Of a stretch of DNA of 64,000 nucleotides, positions 45,910 to 55,764 are shown in pieces. The notes beneath the pieces were generated by a model. It was not told where the DNA came from, did no database searches, and was given only the letters and a program-made list of their open reading frames with translations. Source of the DNA: an uncultured Bacteriovoracaceae bacterium (GTDB lineage: Bacteria > Desulfobacterota > Desulfomonilia > UBA1062). Within the stretch, counting starts at the first letter, position 1. Each line of letters opens with the position of its first letter. The stretch spans positions 92,730 to 156,729 of the forward strand of contig CAZEMO010000003.1 of assembly GCA_964513375.1 (NCBI GenBank). The letters are read 5' to 3'. The translations under genes and the position numbers were made by a program.

Positions 45910-47265
45910 ATGATCAAGGCAATCATATTTGATTTTGACGGGACCATCATGGACACCGAAAGCACTTCGTTCAACATATGGCGTGAGATCTATTCCACCC
46001 ACGGACACGAACTGACTCTGGAAAAATGGGCTGAATGCGTAGGCATACCGGAAAGCAGCTTCGATCCTTATGAAGACCTGATGGAACTTACCGGCCTACC
46101 GCTTGACCGCATGGAAATGGCCCTTACCTACGTGACAAGGGAGTCTGAATTGAATAAGGGATTGCCTTTGCTTCCGGGCATTGAAAAGATAATCCTTGCT
46201 GCAAAAAGTATCGGCCTTAAGCTCGGAATTGCCTCAAGTGCGGACCATAACTGGATCGAGGAACACCTTGGAAGAAAAAGACTTCTGGGCAGGTTTGACG
46301 CAATCATATGCAGGGAGGATACTGAAAGACACAAACCTTTTCCCGACCCTTATCTCAAGGCAATTGAGGTTCTCGGCTGCAAACCCAGTGAAGCTATTGC
46401 CATAGAAGATTCTCCGAACGGCATAAAAGCAGCCAAGGCTGCCGGTCTATTCACAGTTGCAGTCCCAAATCAGGTAACCCATTCCTTTGTAGGCGATGAG
46501 GCTGACCTTAAACTAAAATCGCTGGCTGATATTACACTCAAAGAACTACTGGCAAGGGGGGTTCGTATGATAAACAATTTAATCAATCAGGTGATTACCG
46601 ATAGCAGTAAATATCTTGCCGGTTTTGCAGACATGACCGGCCTCATTAATGAAAAATACTCCGGATACAATTATGCAATATCTCTTGCCCGACATCTTGA
46701 CAGTGAAATCATCGATTCCATAGATAAAGGCCCGAACAGAGCTTATTTCGATCATTATAATGAAGTTAACCGGGAATTGACCGAAGCAGTCCAGAAGATA
46801 TCAGCAAAGCTTACCGGAGACGGGTTTGACAACATCCCGATAAATCCAACCGTTACAGATGATATTCTCACCGATAATTATTATAAGACCTTAAGAATGG
46901 CATTTTCTCACAAGATGGCTGCCACCAGGGCTGGAATCGGCTGGATAGGAAAAACCGACCTGCTTGTCACAAAGGAATATGGCCCGAGGGTAAGGCTGGC
47001 AAGCATTCTTTTGAAAGAGAGAATCACTGAGCCGAATGCGCCGCTTGAAGAAAGTTTGTGTGGGGATTGCGAGGTCTGCGTTGTCAACTGTCCTGCGCAG
47101 GCCGCAACCGGAGAATTATGGAATATACACACCGACAGGGATAAATTCTATAATCCCTTCAAGTGCATGAAAAAGTGCAGAGAACTGTCATTAAACAATC
47201 TGAACGAACATATCAGCCTCTGTGGCATATGCGTGTCTCTTTGCCCGAAGGGACGACAAACATAA
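45910..47265 (+). CDS. Fusion protein: N-terminal HAD-superfamily hydrolase (beta-PGM-like) plus a C-terminal QueG-like 4Fe-4S domain
   Basis: 'IIFDFDGTIMDTE' is HAD motif I, with 'IEDSPNGIKAAKAAG' as motif III. The C-terminal 'AGIGWIGKTDLLVTKEYGPRVRLASILL', 'CGDCEVCVVNCP' and 'CGICVSLCP' resemble the epoxyqueuosine reductase core. Confidence 0.7.
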   Translation: MIKAIIFDFDGTIMDTESTSFNIWREIYSTHGHELTLEKWAECVGIPESSFDPYEDLMELTGLPLDRMEMALTYVTRESELNKGLPLLPGIEKIILAAKSIGLKLGIASSADHNWIEEHLGRKRLLGRFDAIICREDTERHKPFPDPYLKAIEVLGCKPSEAIAIEDSPNGIKAAKAAGLFTVAVPNQVTHSFVGDEADLKLKSLADITLKELLARGVRMINNLINQVITDSSKYLAGFADMTGLINEKYSGYNYAISLARHLDSEIIDSIDKGPNRAYFDHYNEVNRELTEAVQKISAKLTGDGFDNIPINPTVTDDILTDNYYKTLRMAFSHKMAATRAGIGWIGKTDLLVTKEYGPRVRLASILLKERITEPNAPLEESLCGDCEVCVVNCPAQAATGELWNIHTDRDKFYNPFKCMKKCRELSLNNLNEHISLCGICVSLCPKGRQT

Positions 47266-47272
47266 GAGACTT

Positions 47273-48163
47273 CTATTCAATATCGGTTACAACCGGCTGC
47301 GCCTGATGATGAATCCAGCTTTCAATGCCGAAGATAATGAGCGCAAACCATATTACCCCAAATCCGATAAGCTTGGAAAGATTGAAGGGTTCTTTATAGA
47401 TAACTACCCCTACGAGAAACTGCAGAGTCGGTGCGATATACTGAAGTATTCCTATCGTCGTAAGAGGAATCTTCTTTACCGCTGAGGCAAACATGAGGAG
47501 CGGCACTACAGTGATGACACCTGCGCCCATAAGCAGCATGATCGTGGAAATTCCTGCATGAAAAACTACTCCCCTGCCGTTTAATTCCATGAAGGTAATG
47601 TAGACAAGCGCCGGCAGCAGAAGGATTCCAGTCTCGAGCGTAAGCCCGTCAAGCGAATTGAGTTCTCCCTTCTTCTTTACCATTCCATAAAATCCGAACG
47701 AGAAGGCAAGTACAAGGGCTATCCACGGTATCTTGCCATAGGCGAAGGTGAGGAACGCCACACCCGCGCCTGCTATGAGTATGGGGACCCACTGCCAGAT
47801 GCGAAGCCTTTCCTTGAGAAAGAACACCCCGAGTAGAACGCTTATCAGCGGATTTATAAAATACCCGAGGCTCGCCTCGACTATAAATCCAGCACCTACG
47901 GCCCATACATAGGTAAACCAGTTTACACCAATCAGCATTGCTGCCAGAAAATATATCTTGAGAACAACGGTGTTTCTTAATGATTTTACAAATCCTTCAA
48001 ATCGTGATGCAGCCAGGATTACGATGAGCAGGCATAGGAAAGACCATATGATCCTGTGGCTCAAGAGCTGCGGCGCAGGGACATCACTCAGCTGCTTTAT
48101 ATATACCGGGATGAATCCCCATATGATAAATGCCGAAACAGCATACCAGATACCTCTGTTCAT
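47273..48163 (-). CDS. rarD: RarD (DMT/EamA superfamily transporter)
   Basis: 'IWYAVSAFIIWGFIPVYIK' is the RarD signature. 10 transmembrane helices. Confidence 0.8.
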   Translation of the reverse strand: MNRGIWYAVSAFIIWGFIPVYIKQLSDVPAPQLLSHRIIWSFLCLLIVILAASRFEGFVKSLRNTVVLKIYFLAAMLIGVNWFTYVWAVGAGFIVEASLGYFINPLISVLLGVFFLKERLRIWQWVPILIAGAGVAFLTFAYGKIPWIALVLAFSFGFYGMVKKKGELNSLDGLTLETGILLLPALVYITFMELNGRGVVFHAGISTIMLLMGAGVITVVPLLMFASAVKKIPLTTIGILQYIAPTLQFLVGVVIYKEPFNLSKLIGFGVIWFALIIFGIESWIHHQAQPVVTDIE

Positions 48164-48254
48164 CCTTTACCCTGTAACAAACAAGCTCTCTTATAACAAA
48201 GAAATAAAATCACATTCAGTTTCCTTTTCCGGCATAATTTAAGAAATCATATTG

Positions 48255-48286
48255 AAATAAAAAAGGCCGCCAGAAGGCAGCCTTTC
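48255..48286 (-). terminator. Rho-independent terminator downstream of the thiolase gene (minus strand)
   Basis: On the minus strand: AAAGGCTGCC-TTCT-GGCGGCCTTT followed by TTTTTATTT. Confidence 0.5.
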
Positions 48287-48307
48287 TTATTGTTTATTTG
48301 AATCAAT

Positions 48308-49537
48308 CTAGCAAAGCTCGAATATCGCGGCAGCACCCATTCCGCCACCGATGCACATTGACTCGATTCCATATTTCTTTCCGAGTCTCTGCATATTGGC
48401 AACAAGGGTGGCAGCCAGTTTTGCGCCTGTGCAGCCCAGCGGATGGCCGAGTGCTATTGCGCCGCCGTTAACGTTGATTATTCTCTTGTCGCTTTCATGC
48501 GACCAGAGTTCTTCGTCACTGATTCCCAGTTCGCGGGCACAGTAGAGCGCCTGGGATGCAAATGCCTCGTTCAGCTCAAATATGCCGTCTTTCTTCATGT
48601 CATCTATCGTCATCCCTGCAATCTTAAGAACCTTGGGAATGGCATATCTCGGGCCAACGCCCATCTCGTCTGCCCTGCAACCGGCAACAGCATATGCTTT
48701 AATCTTTGCGATAGGCTTTACGCCAAGCCTCTTTACTGCTTCGCCGCTCATTACAAGTGTTGCCGCTGCGCCGTCGGTCGTCTGTGAAGAGTTGCCTGCT
48801 GTTACGGTACCGCAGTTCTTTACCCATGGGTTTGCATTGGAAAATGCCGGCTTCAGCTTGGCAAGACCTTCCATTGTCGTATCAGCACGGACGCCGTCAT
48901 CAAATGTCTGCATCGTGACTGTCTTTACCCAGTCTCCGCCCTTTTCAACATACTTCACAGCAGGTGTGGGAATTATTTCTGTAAAGAGTCCCTTTTCCTG
49001 TGCTGCAGCAGCTTTCTTGTTTGATGAGACAGCAAATGTATCCTGCATTTCTCTGGTTATGTCGTATCTCTGGGCAACGTTTTCAGCCGTCATGCCCATA
49101 GATATATAGACATTCGGGTTTTCCCTGGCCCATTCCGGATGAGGCCTGGGAAGGTTCCCGCCCATGGGAACTATCGACATGGACTCAAGCCCTGCACCGA
49201 TTGCGACTTCGCACCATCCCGAAAGAATTCGTGAAGTCTGAAGTGCTATTGCCTCAAGGCCTGACGAGCAGAACCTGTTAATAGTTGCACCGCATGTGTC
49301 ATCCGGGAATCCGCACATCTGTGCAATTATCCTGCCTATATTAAGACCCTGTTCCGCTTCCGGGAATGCGCAACCGACAAGAATGTCTTCCACTTCCTTC
49401 TTGTCGACACCAGCCCTTTCCATAAGGCCGTTTAATGCGGTTTTAAGAAGATCTTCCGGTCTGGTCTGATTGAAAGCTCCGCGAGCCCTTCTGCAACCGG
49501 GTGTCCTAACTGCCTGAACTATATAAGCTTCTCTCAT
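48308..49537 (-). CDS. Acetyl-CoA C-acyltransferase (thiolase)
   Basis: 'NRFCSSGLEAI' is the active-site Cys. The C-terminal 'GCTGAKLAATL...SMCIGGGMGAA'. Confidence 0.9.
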   Translation of the reverse strand: MREAYIVQAVRTPGCRRARGAFNQTRPEDLLKTALNGLMERAGVDKKEVEDILVGCAFPEAEQGLNIGRIIAQMCGFPDDTCGATINRFCSSGLEAIALQTSRILSGWCEVAIGAGLESMSIVPMGGNLPRPHPEWARENPNVYISMGMTAENVAQRYDITREMQDTFAVSSNKKAAAAQEKGLFTEIIPTPAVKYVEKGGDWVKTVTMQTFDDGVRADTTMEGLAKLKPAFSNANPWVKNCGTVTAGNSSQTTDGAAATLVMSGEAVKRLGVKPIAKIKAYAVAGCRADEMGVGPRYAIPKVLKIAGMTIDDMKKDGIFELNEAFASQALYCARELGISDEELWSHESDKRIINVNGGAIALGHPLGCTGAKLAATLVANMQRLGKKYGIESMCIGGGMGAAAIFELC

Positions 49538-49565
49538 TGTTAATCCTCCTGTCCTACAATTTAGC

Positions 49566-51971
49566 CTACAAGAACAGCGGTTTGCCGGTGGTCATGATGT
49601 TCTCGGCCATTTTCTGCGTGTTCTCGGTTTTCCACAGTTCAACGAATGCTTCCCTTTCAAGCTTCTGTAGATACTCTTCGCTGACCAGTGTTCCTGATGG
49701 TACATCTCCGCCCGACATGCAGAACCCTATCTTCTTGGATATCAATTCCATATGCGGAGTGATCTTCCAGCCGAGTCTGAGATTCAGCATTTCAGCCTCT
49801 ATCATGCCCTGCGCTTCTTTTCCGAATACCGGTATTTTCTTCTTGAGCGGTGGTGCATAGCCATCCTCAACCATCCTGAGGACTTCTTTCTTGGCTTCGC
49901 CGATGAGGTTGTCGCGATTCATGACAATGCGGTCTTCAGCTGTGAGGAAACCCCTCGCCCTTGCTTCTTTGGCTGACATGGTCGTCTTTGCCATTGCCAC
50001 GCACATGAACGCCTCGAGGAAGAAACCGGCAAGATCTGTAACCTTTGAAATTTCAGGTTTGGATGTTATTGTCTTTCTCCAGAGGTTTATCATTCCGCAT
50101 CCGCCTGGAACAAGGCCTGCACCGATCTCAACAAGACCGATTATCAGGTCCATATGTGCGACTATCCTGTCTGATGCAAGGCATACTTCGCATCCGCCGC
50201 CGATTGAAATACCGTAAGGTGCTGCAACTACCGGGAACGGGGCATAACGCAAGCCCATGATTCCTGAATGGACATTTTTAATGAAATTGTCTATCTCGTC
50301 GAATTTGCCTTCTTTTGCTGCTCCCAGCATATATGCAAGGTCTCCGCCAGCCGAAAATGCGCCGGGCATTCCGCCTGCCTGATTTCCGATTACCATACCT
50401 ACGCCGTTTTCATTTACATAGTTTCCGGCTTCAGCCATGAAATCGACCATCACCTTGTTGATCGCGTTCATCTTCGAATGGAACTCGAGACAGAATACGC
50501 CGTCTCCGATGTCTATCAATGACGCTGAAGCAGATGTCTTTACGACCTTGTTCTCAGCCCTCAATGCTGCAAGACTGATAGCTGAAGGATTGACCTTGAC
50601 TGCTTTGTATGCGCCTGAATCAAAGTCAAAGAACATCTTCTTGCCTTTTTCCAGCTTGTAGAATGATTTGGCGCCTGATGCTAGCATCTTCTCGACGTTA
50701 GCCGGAATTTTCATTCCGTCTGCCTTCATCTTCGCTATTGATTTCTCTACTCCGATTGCATCCCAGGACTCGAATGGACCGAGTTCCCAGTTGTATCCCC
50801 ATTTCATTGCGTTGTCGATTTCGACAACTGTATCAGAAATTTCCGGGATCCTGTTTGCGGAATAAATGAATGCACCAGCAACAACCTTCCATGCAAACTG
50901 AGCGCCCTTATCGTCTCCGTAAACAACTGCCTGCAGTTTATCGGAGAGGGTCTTGGCTGCTTTTGCCGCATCAAGACATGGGAATGTCGGTTTTCCTGCT
51001 TCTACGTACTCACCTGTCTTGGCATCGATAACCAGTTTAACCCTTTTGCCTTCTGGTGTTTTGTCTTTCTTGTAGAAACCGGCTTTTGTTTTATTTCCCA
51101 GAAGTTTCTTGTCCAGCATCGCCTTTATGAAATCCGGGATTATAAATACATCTCTTTCTTCGTCGTTCACACACTTGTCATAAGTTCCCTGTGTGACGTG
51201 TGTCATTGTGTCAAGACCTACAAGGTCTGCCGTTGCGAAAATAGCGGTCTTCGGGCGGCCGAGTGCCGGTCCGAAAAGTGCATCAACTTCGGGGATTGAA
51301 AGCCCGTCTTTGAGCATCTGATTGATTGTAAGGCTTATTCCATGGATACCTATGCGGTTTCCGATGAAGTTTGGTGTGTCCTTCGCCCAGACAATGCCCT
51401 TGCCGAGTCTGTTCTCTCCGAAATCGGCAACAAAATCGAGTATCTCCTTCTTTGTTTCAGCACCCGGGATGATCTCAAGCAGATGCATCCAGCGGACAGG
51501 ATTGAAGAAGTGCGTCCCGAGGAAATGCTCTTTGAAACCCTTGCTTAATCCCTCTGACATGTCTTTAAGAGGAATTCCGGAAGTGTTTGATGAAATAATC
51601 GTGTCGGGTTTCCTGATTGTTTCCAGCCTCTTGAAGAGCTCCTGTTTGATCTTGAGGTTTTCAACAACGACCTCTACGATCCAGTCACAGTCTGCAAGCT
51701 TGTCAAAGTCATCAGTAAGGTTGCCGGTTTTAATGCGTGCCAGGTCTTCTTTCTGGAACAGCAACGGCGGTTTTGCCTTCTGCAGAGCTTCCATGCCTGC
51801 TAAAACAAACCTGTTTCTGGCCTTGGGATCGTTCTTTTCCTCATCCTTCAGGTCGAACGGTACGATGTCAAGAAGTACGACATCTACGCCAGCACCGGCC
51901 AGCAGAGCGGCTATTCCACCACCCATGATGCCTGAGCCGATAACTCCAGCCTTTTTGATTCTCCTAACCAT
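49566..51971 (-). CDS. Bifunctional 3-hydroxyacyl-CoA dehydrogenase / enoyl-CoA hydratase (FadN-type, about 800 aa)
   Basis: N-terminal 'KAGVIGSGIMGGGIAALLA' NAD fold. The C-terminal crotonase half carries 'GAFSAGGDL'. Confidence 0.9.
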   Translation of the reverse strand: MVRRIKKAGVIGSGIMGGGIAALLAGAGVDVVLLDIVPFDLKDEEKNDPKARNRFVLAGMEALQKAKPPLLFQKEDLARIKTGNLTDDFDKLADCDWIVEVVVENLKIKQELFKRLETIRKPDTIISSNTSGIPLKDMSEGLSKGFKEHFLGTHFFNPVRWMHLLEIIPGAETKKEILDFVADFGENRLGKGIVWAKDTPNFIGNRIGIHGISLTINQMLKDGLSIPEVDALFGPALGRPKTAIFATADLVGLDTMTHVTQGTYDKCVNDEERDVFIIPDFIKAMLDKKLLGNKTKAGFYKKDKTPEGKRVKLVIDAKTGEYVEAGKPTFPCLDAAKAAKTLSDKLQAVVYGDDKGAQFAWKVVAGAFIYSANRIPEISDTVVEIDNAMKWGYNWELGPFESWDAIGVEKSIAKMKADGMKIPANVEKMLASGAKSFYKLEKGKKMFFDFDSGAYKAVKVNPSAISLAALRAENKVVKTSASASLIDIGDGVFCLEFHSKMNAINKVMVDFMAEAGNYVNENGVGMVIGNQAGGMPGAFSAGGDLAYMLGAAKEGKFDEIDNFIKNVHSGIMGLRYAPFPVVAAPYGISIGGGCEVCLASDRIVAHMDLIIGLVEIGAGLVPGGCGMINLWRKTITSKPEISKVTDLAGFFLEAFMCVAMAKTTMSAKEARARGFLTAEDRIVMNRDNLIGEAKKEVLRMVEDGYAPPLKKKIPVFGKEAQGMIEAEMLNLRLGWKITPHMELISKKIGFCMSGGDVPSGTLVSEEYLQKLEREAFVELWKTENTQKMAENIMTTGKPLFL

Positions 51972-52156
51972 ACTACCTCCTGCGTTAGTGATTTATTAAC
52001 ATTTCTATAAAGCCGAAATTTATGATTGAAGAATGAATCAACGTTCAGTCTATACAGCATGCTCCATGTTAAATCAAGAGTTCTTTATTATAAATATAGT
52101 TTTTGCTAATGTATATATGTTCTCTATCGAATAGTTTTTATTAAGGTTGGGCTTAT

Positions 52157-53035
52157 ATGAGAAAACACTTATCCCCGGAATCAATCGGGGCATTATGGAT
52201 GGTATCATCTTCTATACTGTTCAGTTTCATGGCCGTACTTGTCAGATTCGCAAACAGCCAATATTCCCTGAGCGGATGGAAGACTTCCGAGATGAGATTC
52301 GCAGTCTGCATACTTATCATTCTCGGGCTGTCTCTATCTAAGAAGTACCCTTTAAAATTTGTCAAATACTCATGGCTTGCTTCCCGTGGAATTTTCGGTG
52401 GTATAGCCGTCTGTATCTTCTTCTATTCAATAAACAAAATCGGCATGGCAAAGGCTACCGTCCTGACCTTCACCTATCCGATATGGGCTGCCATGCTCTC
52501 ACCCCTTGTTTTTAAAAAACCGGTTTCAAAGGGCCTTTGGATTGCTATTATTACTGGTTTTATAGGATTGTATCTGATAATCATCCCGCCTGATGGTCTT
52601 GTTTCAATTTCTGCAAAGGATTTATTGGCCCTTTTTGCCGGTCTTCTGTCCGGCTGGGCAATCCTCTCAATCAAAAAACTGCATGAAACTGATTCATCAA
52701 GGGCAATTTTGTTTTCTCAATGCTTGTTCGGCCTCATGTTCGCCATAGTTCCATCGTCAAGAGAGGGGTATTCATTTCCATTAGAAGCATGGGGTGTGCT
52801 GATTCTTATCGGTGTTTTAGCAGCCATTGCCCAGCTCCAGATGACACATGCATATAGGTTTGTGGGGGCAACGGAAGGTTCGCTAATCAGCATACTTAAT
52901 CCTGTACTAAACGTTTTTCTTGGGGTAATATTTTTTAAGGAACCGCTTACACTCAGAATGTTTTTGGGTTGTGCAATCGTATTTGCATGCTGCATTTATG
53001 CTGCAATACCCGGAAAATATGAAAGGGAGTGTTAG
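52157..53035 (+). CDS. EamA/DMT family transporter
   Basis: Ten predicted transmembrane helices in two EamA halves. Confidence 0.75.
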   Translation: MRKHLSPESIGALWMVSSSILFSFMAVLVRFANSQYSLSGWKTSEMRFAVCILIILGLSLSKKYPLKFVKYSWLASRGIFGGIAVCIFFYSINKIGMAKATVLTFTYPIWAAMLSPLVFKKPVSKGLWIAIITGFIGLYLIIIPPDGLVSISAKDLLALFAGLLSGWAILSIKKLHETDSSRAILFSQCLFGLMFAIVPSSREGYSFPLEAWGVLILIGVLAAIAQLQMTHAYRFVGATEGSLISILNPVLNVFLGVIFFKEPLTLRMFLGCAIVFACCIYAAIPGKYEREC

Positions 53036-53090
53036 TTCATTTACTTGCACCGCAGCAATCTTCAATATTTTAATCAGGAGGACTTTTTAA

Positions 53091-54308
53091 ATGACGAAGC
53101 TTTCCCAAAAAACCAGTTCTGCATTAACTGCGATTCTATTCATTATTATTTTATCTTTCCCGGCAACCGCCTTTTCCGCTTCCTGTGATATGGATCCGCC
53201 TTTTCCTTCAAACAATCCGGTATGGCAGACATTTAAATTACAATGGGATAAACACTGGGATGGGAAGAACATCGATCAGTTGATCTCCACACTCAAGGGA
53301 CTCGAGAAAACAGACTCCGGCAATGTCAGTCTCAATCTATGGCTCTCAAGGGTCTATTGTCTTAAAGGGAAACGTTCATCCGGTAAAACGAAAACGGAAT
53401 CTTTCAGTAATGCTTTGAATTATGCCGTAAAAGCCAGGGAATTGGACAAGGACAATGTTTTAGCTGTAAGACTGCTTTTCGATGCAGCCTCAAACATGGA
53501 CTCATATGCAACTATAGCATCGAAATATGAAAACTGGATAAAAGAAATTTCCCCTCAGCCTTACATCGAAACAGTTGATGCGGCTTCGAACCAGCCGGGC
53601 TGGGATGCATTTGCCAAACTCTGGGCAAATCGTTATGACATCGAAAAGGCTGTTCAGGCACAGAAAATTTCAGAAGGATGGGCAAATGCAAATCCTGGCA
53701 ATTGCCTTCTCCAGCTTTGGGCATGCAGAACAAGCTACAGCGTGGGTGAATACTGGGACAGCTTCGGGGAACACGATTCAAAGGCTCTGCCGTATTACAA
53801 AAAAGGCATCATATACGGTGAGAAAGCAGTGAAATTAACCCCTAACAGCGTGCCTGCCAAATACTGGCACAACGCATGCCTTGGGAGATCTGTACAAACT
53901 TCGAGCATTTTTACAAAAGCAAGTCATTTCTCTACTTTTTTCGAGCTTGTCCTTTTTTTGTGGCGTGAAAATCCCCAGTATCATTATTTCGGGTTCGGCC
54001 TGACAATGTCGCCAATGATAACAAACGGCGGATGGGTCACGGAAAAAGGCATGAATGCGGCGGGAGTTACAGTTGAAAATGTGCTTGCAACACTGGATGT
54101 GGCTGCAATAATGTACCCAGACTTCATTCAGATACAGTATTCGAAAGCGTTGCTCTTATCATATAAAGGCAAAAAGAATGAGGCCATGAGGATACTCGAG
54201 AATATCATTGCCAAAAACGCTGACAAGGGATCTGCGATAATGGCCGAGAACAGATGCAATCAAAGAATGGCAAAAATGCTGTACAACAACCTTAAGAAAG
54301 GAAAGTGA
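53091..54308 (+). CDS. Secreted hypothetical protein (signal peptide, all-alpha / TPR-like)
   Basis: 'LTAILFIIILSFPATAFSAS' signal peptide. No family recognised. Confidence 0.5.
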   Translation: MTKLSQKTSSALTAILFIIILSFPATAFSASCDMDPPFPSNNPVWQTFKLQWDKHWDGKNIDQLISTLKGLEKTDSGNVSLNLWLSRVYCLKGKRSSGKTKTESFSNALNYAVKARELDKDNVLAVRLLFDAASNMDSYATIASKYENWIKEISPQPYIETVDAASNQPGWDAFAKLWANRYDIEKAVQAQKISEGWANANPGNCLLQLWACRTSYSVGEYWDSFGEHDSKALPYYKKGIIYGEKAVKLTPNSVPAKYWHNACLGRSVQTSSIFTKASHFSTFFELVLFLWRENPQYHYFGFGLTMSPMITNGGWVTEKGMNAAGVTVENVLATLDVAAIMYPDFIQIQYSKALLLSYKGKKNEAMRILENIIAKNADKGSAIMAENRCNQRMAKMLYNNLKKGK

Positions 54309-54314
54309 TTTATT

Positions 54315-54935
54315 ATGAAATATGTCTATTGCTCAGGCCCACTATTCTGCCCTGAAGAAACCGCAGGTATGGCTGCAATAGCGAAAGTACTTGAGGATGC
54401 GGGATTCAAAACTTTTCTGCCCCAGAGGGATGGCATCGAGCGCTTTGTAACAGGTTTTATAAACACCCCTTTAAATGTGGATATACTCGGCAGCAGGAGG
54501 AATATGGACAAGGCCATATTCGCCCTGGATGTCTATCAGATTGTCAAAAGGTGCGACTGCCTTGTAATGAATATGAACGGGAGAGTGCCCGATGAAGGGG
54601 CAGTCGCAGAGGCAGGCATCGCATTTGCCGCCGGAAAACCTGTTGTATTGTACAAGAATGATGTCAGAACGATATTTAAAGGCGGCGACAATTCAATGAT
54701 AACAGGCCTTTCTGCATATCCACCGGTTAGGAATCTCAAAATGCTGCCAGATGCCATGAGGGTCATTGAGTCAACTGCTTCAAATATTTCAGGAAGACTG
54801 CTTGAGGTAGCAAATTTTGGAGAAAAGATCTGGTCTTTTCTGAAGCATGTCCCGCCTTCAGGATTGAACAGTAAGGAACAGGATGAAATTATTAAGAAAA
54901 TAATCATGATATCAGAGGCTCAGACAGACAATTAA
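54315..54935 (+). CDS. Nucleoside 2-deoxyribosyltransferase-like (flavodoxin-like fold) protein
   Basis: 'VYCSGPLF' and 'EAGIAFAAGKPVVLY' resemble the Nuc_deoxyrib_tr family. Confidence 0.5.
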   Translation: MKYVYCSGPLFCPEETAGMAAIAKVLEDAGFKTFLPQRDGIERFVTGFINTPLNVDILGSRRNMDKAIFALDVYQIVKRCDCLVMNMNGRVPDEGAVAEAGIAFAAGKPVVLYKNDVRTIFKGGDNSMITGLSAYPPVRNLKMLPDAMRVIESTASNISGRLLEVANFGEKIWSFLKHVPPSGLNSKEQDEIIKKIIMISEAQTDN

Positions 54936-54957
54936 TTTATTAACAGGGAGGAATTAT

Positions 54958-55692
54958 ATGCGCAATCCTTTGGTTAATACATTAAAAATCATATGGCTTT
55001 CATTATGGGCTGTAATTGCCACTCTGGTGCTTTTTATACCCATTACATCAGCAGCCTTGTTCAGCAGAACAGGCAACCTTGCGTTCACACTTTCAAAACT
55101 CTGGGCTTATACCCTCCTTATTATTACAAATGTCCGTCCTCATATTATCGGAAAGGAAAATATCAGAAAAGGACAGTCATATATAATAATATCAAACCAT
55201 CAGTCCGAGTTTGACATACTCGCGCTGGTGACCACTCTCGGCATACAGTTCAGATGGATCATCAAAAAAGAACTGAAGAAAGCCCCCCTATTTGGTTATG
55301 CCCTCTATAAATCGAGAAATATCTTTATCGACCGGTCAAATACCAAAGACGCCATAAACAGCATCAACGAAGGTGTAAGCAGACTTCCTGAAGGGGCAAG
55401 CGTGATGTTCTTCGCCGAAGGAACCAGGAGCAATGACGGAAGCATTCAGGCATTCAAGAAAGGCGGCTTCATGATAGCAGTTGAAAGAGGCCTTCCCATA
55501 CTTCCGGTTACCGTGAACGGCAGCCGCAGAACGCTGCCCAAGAAAAGCCTCGTTTTCAGTCCAGGCCCCATTGAAGTAGTAGTCGGTAAGCCTGTTGAAA
55601 CAACAGGATTTTCTCATGAAACCATACAGAAGCTGATTGACAGGACCCGCGGAATAATAATTTCAAACTATAAGATAAACTATCCGGATTAG
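54958..55692 (+). CDS. plsC: 1-acyl-sn-glycerol-3-phosphate acyltransferase
   Basis: 'IISNHQSEFDIL' (HX4D) and 'FAEGTRS'. Confidence 0.85.
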   Translation: MRNPLVNTLKIIWLSLWAVIATLVLFIPITSAALFSRTGNLAFTLSKLWAYTLLIITNVRPHIIGKENIRKGQSYIIISNHQSEFDILALVTTLGIQFRWIIKKELKKAPLFGYALYKSRNIFIDRSNTKDAINSINEGVSRLPEGASVMFFAEGTRSNDGSIQAFKKGGFMIAVERGLPILPVTVNGSRRTLPKKSLVFSPGPIEVVVGKPVETTGFSHETIQKLIDRTRGIIISNYKINYPD

Positions 55693-55764
55693 GGAAGAGG
55701 CCGTAAGACCGGCATCCTTTCATTAACCTTAAATTCTGTTTCGGATCGGATATCATTTATACTG

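Noticed and set aside
48582-49109. 175-aa ORF antisense to the thiolase gene (a similar case at 51322-51999 lies antisense to the FadN-type gene)
   Set aside because: It overlaps highly conserved beta-oxidation genes and its composition is typical of an antisense frame.
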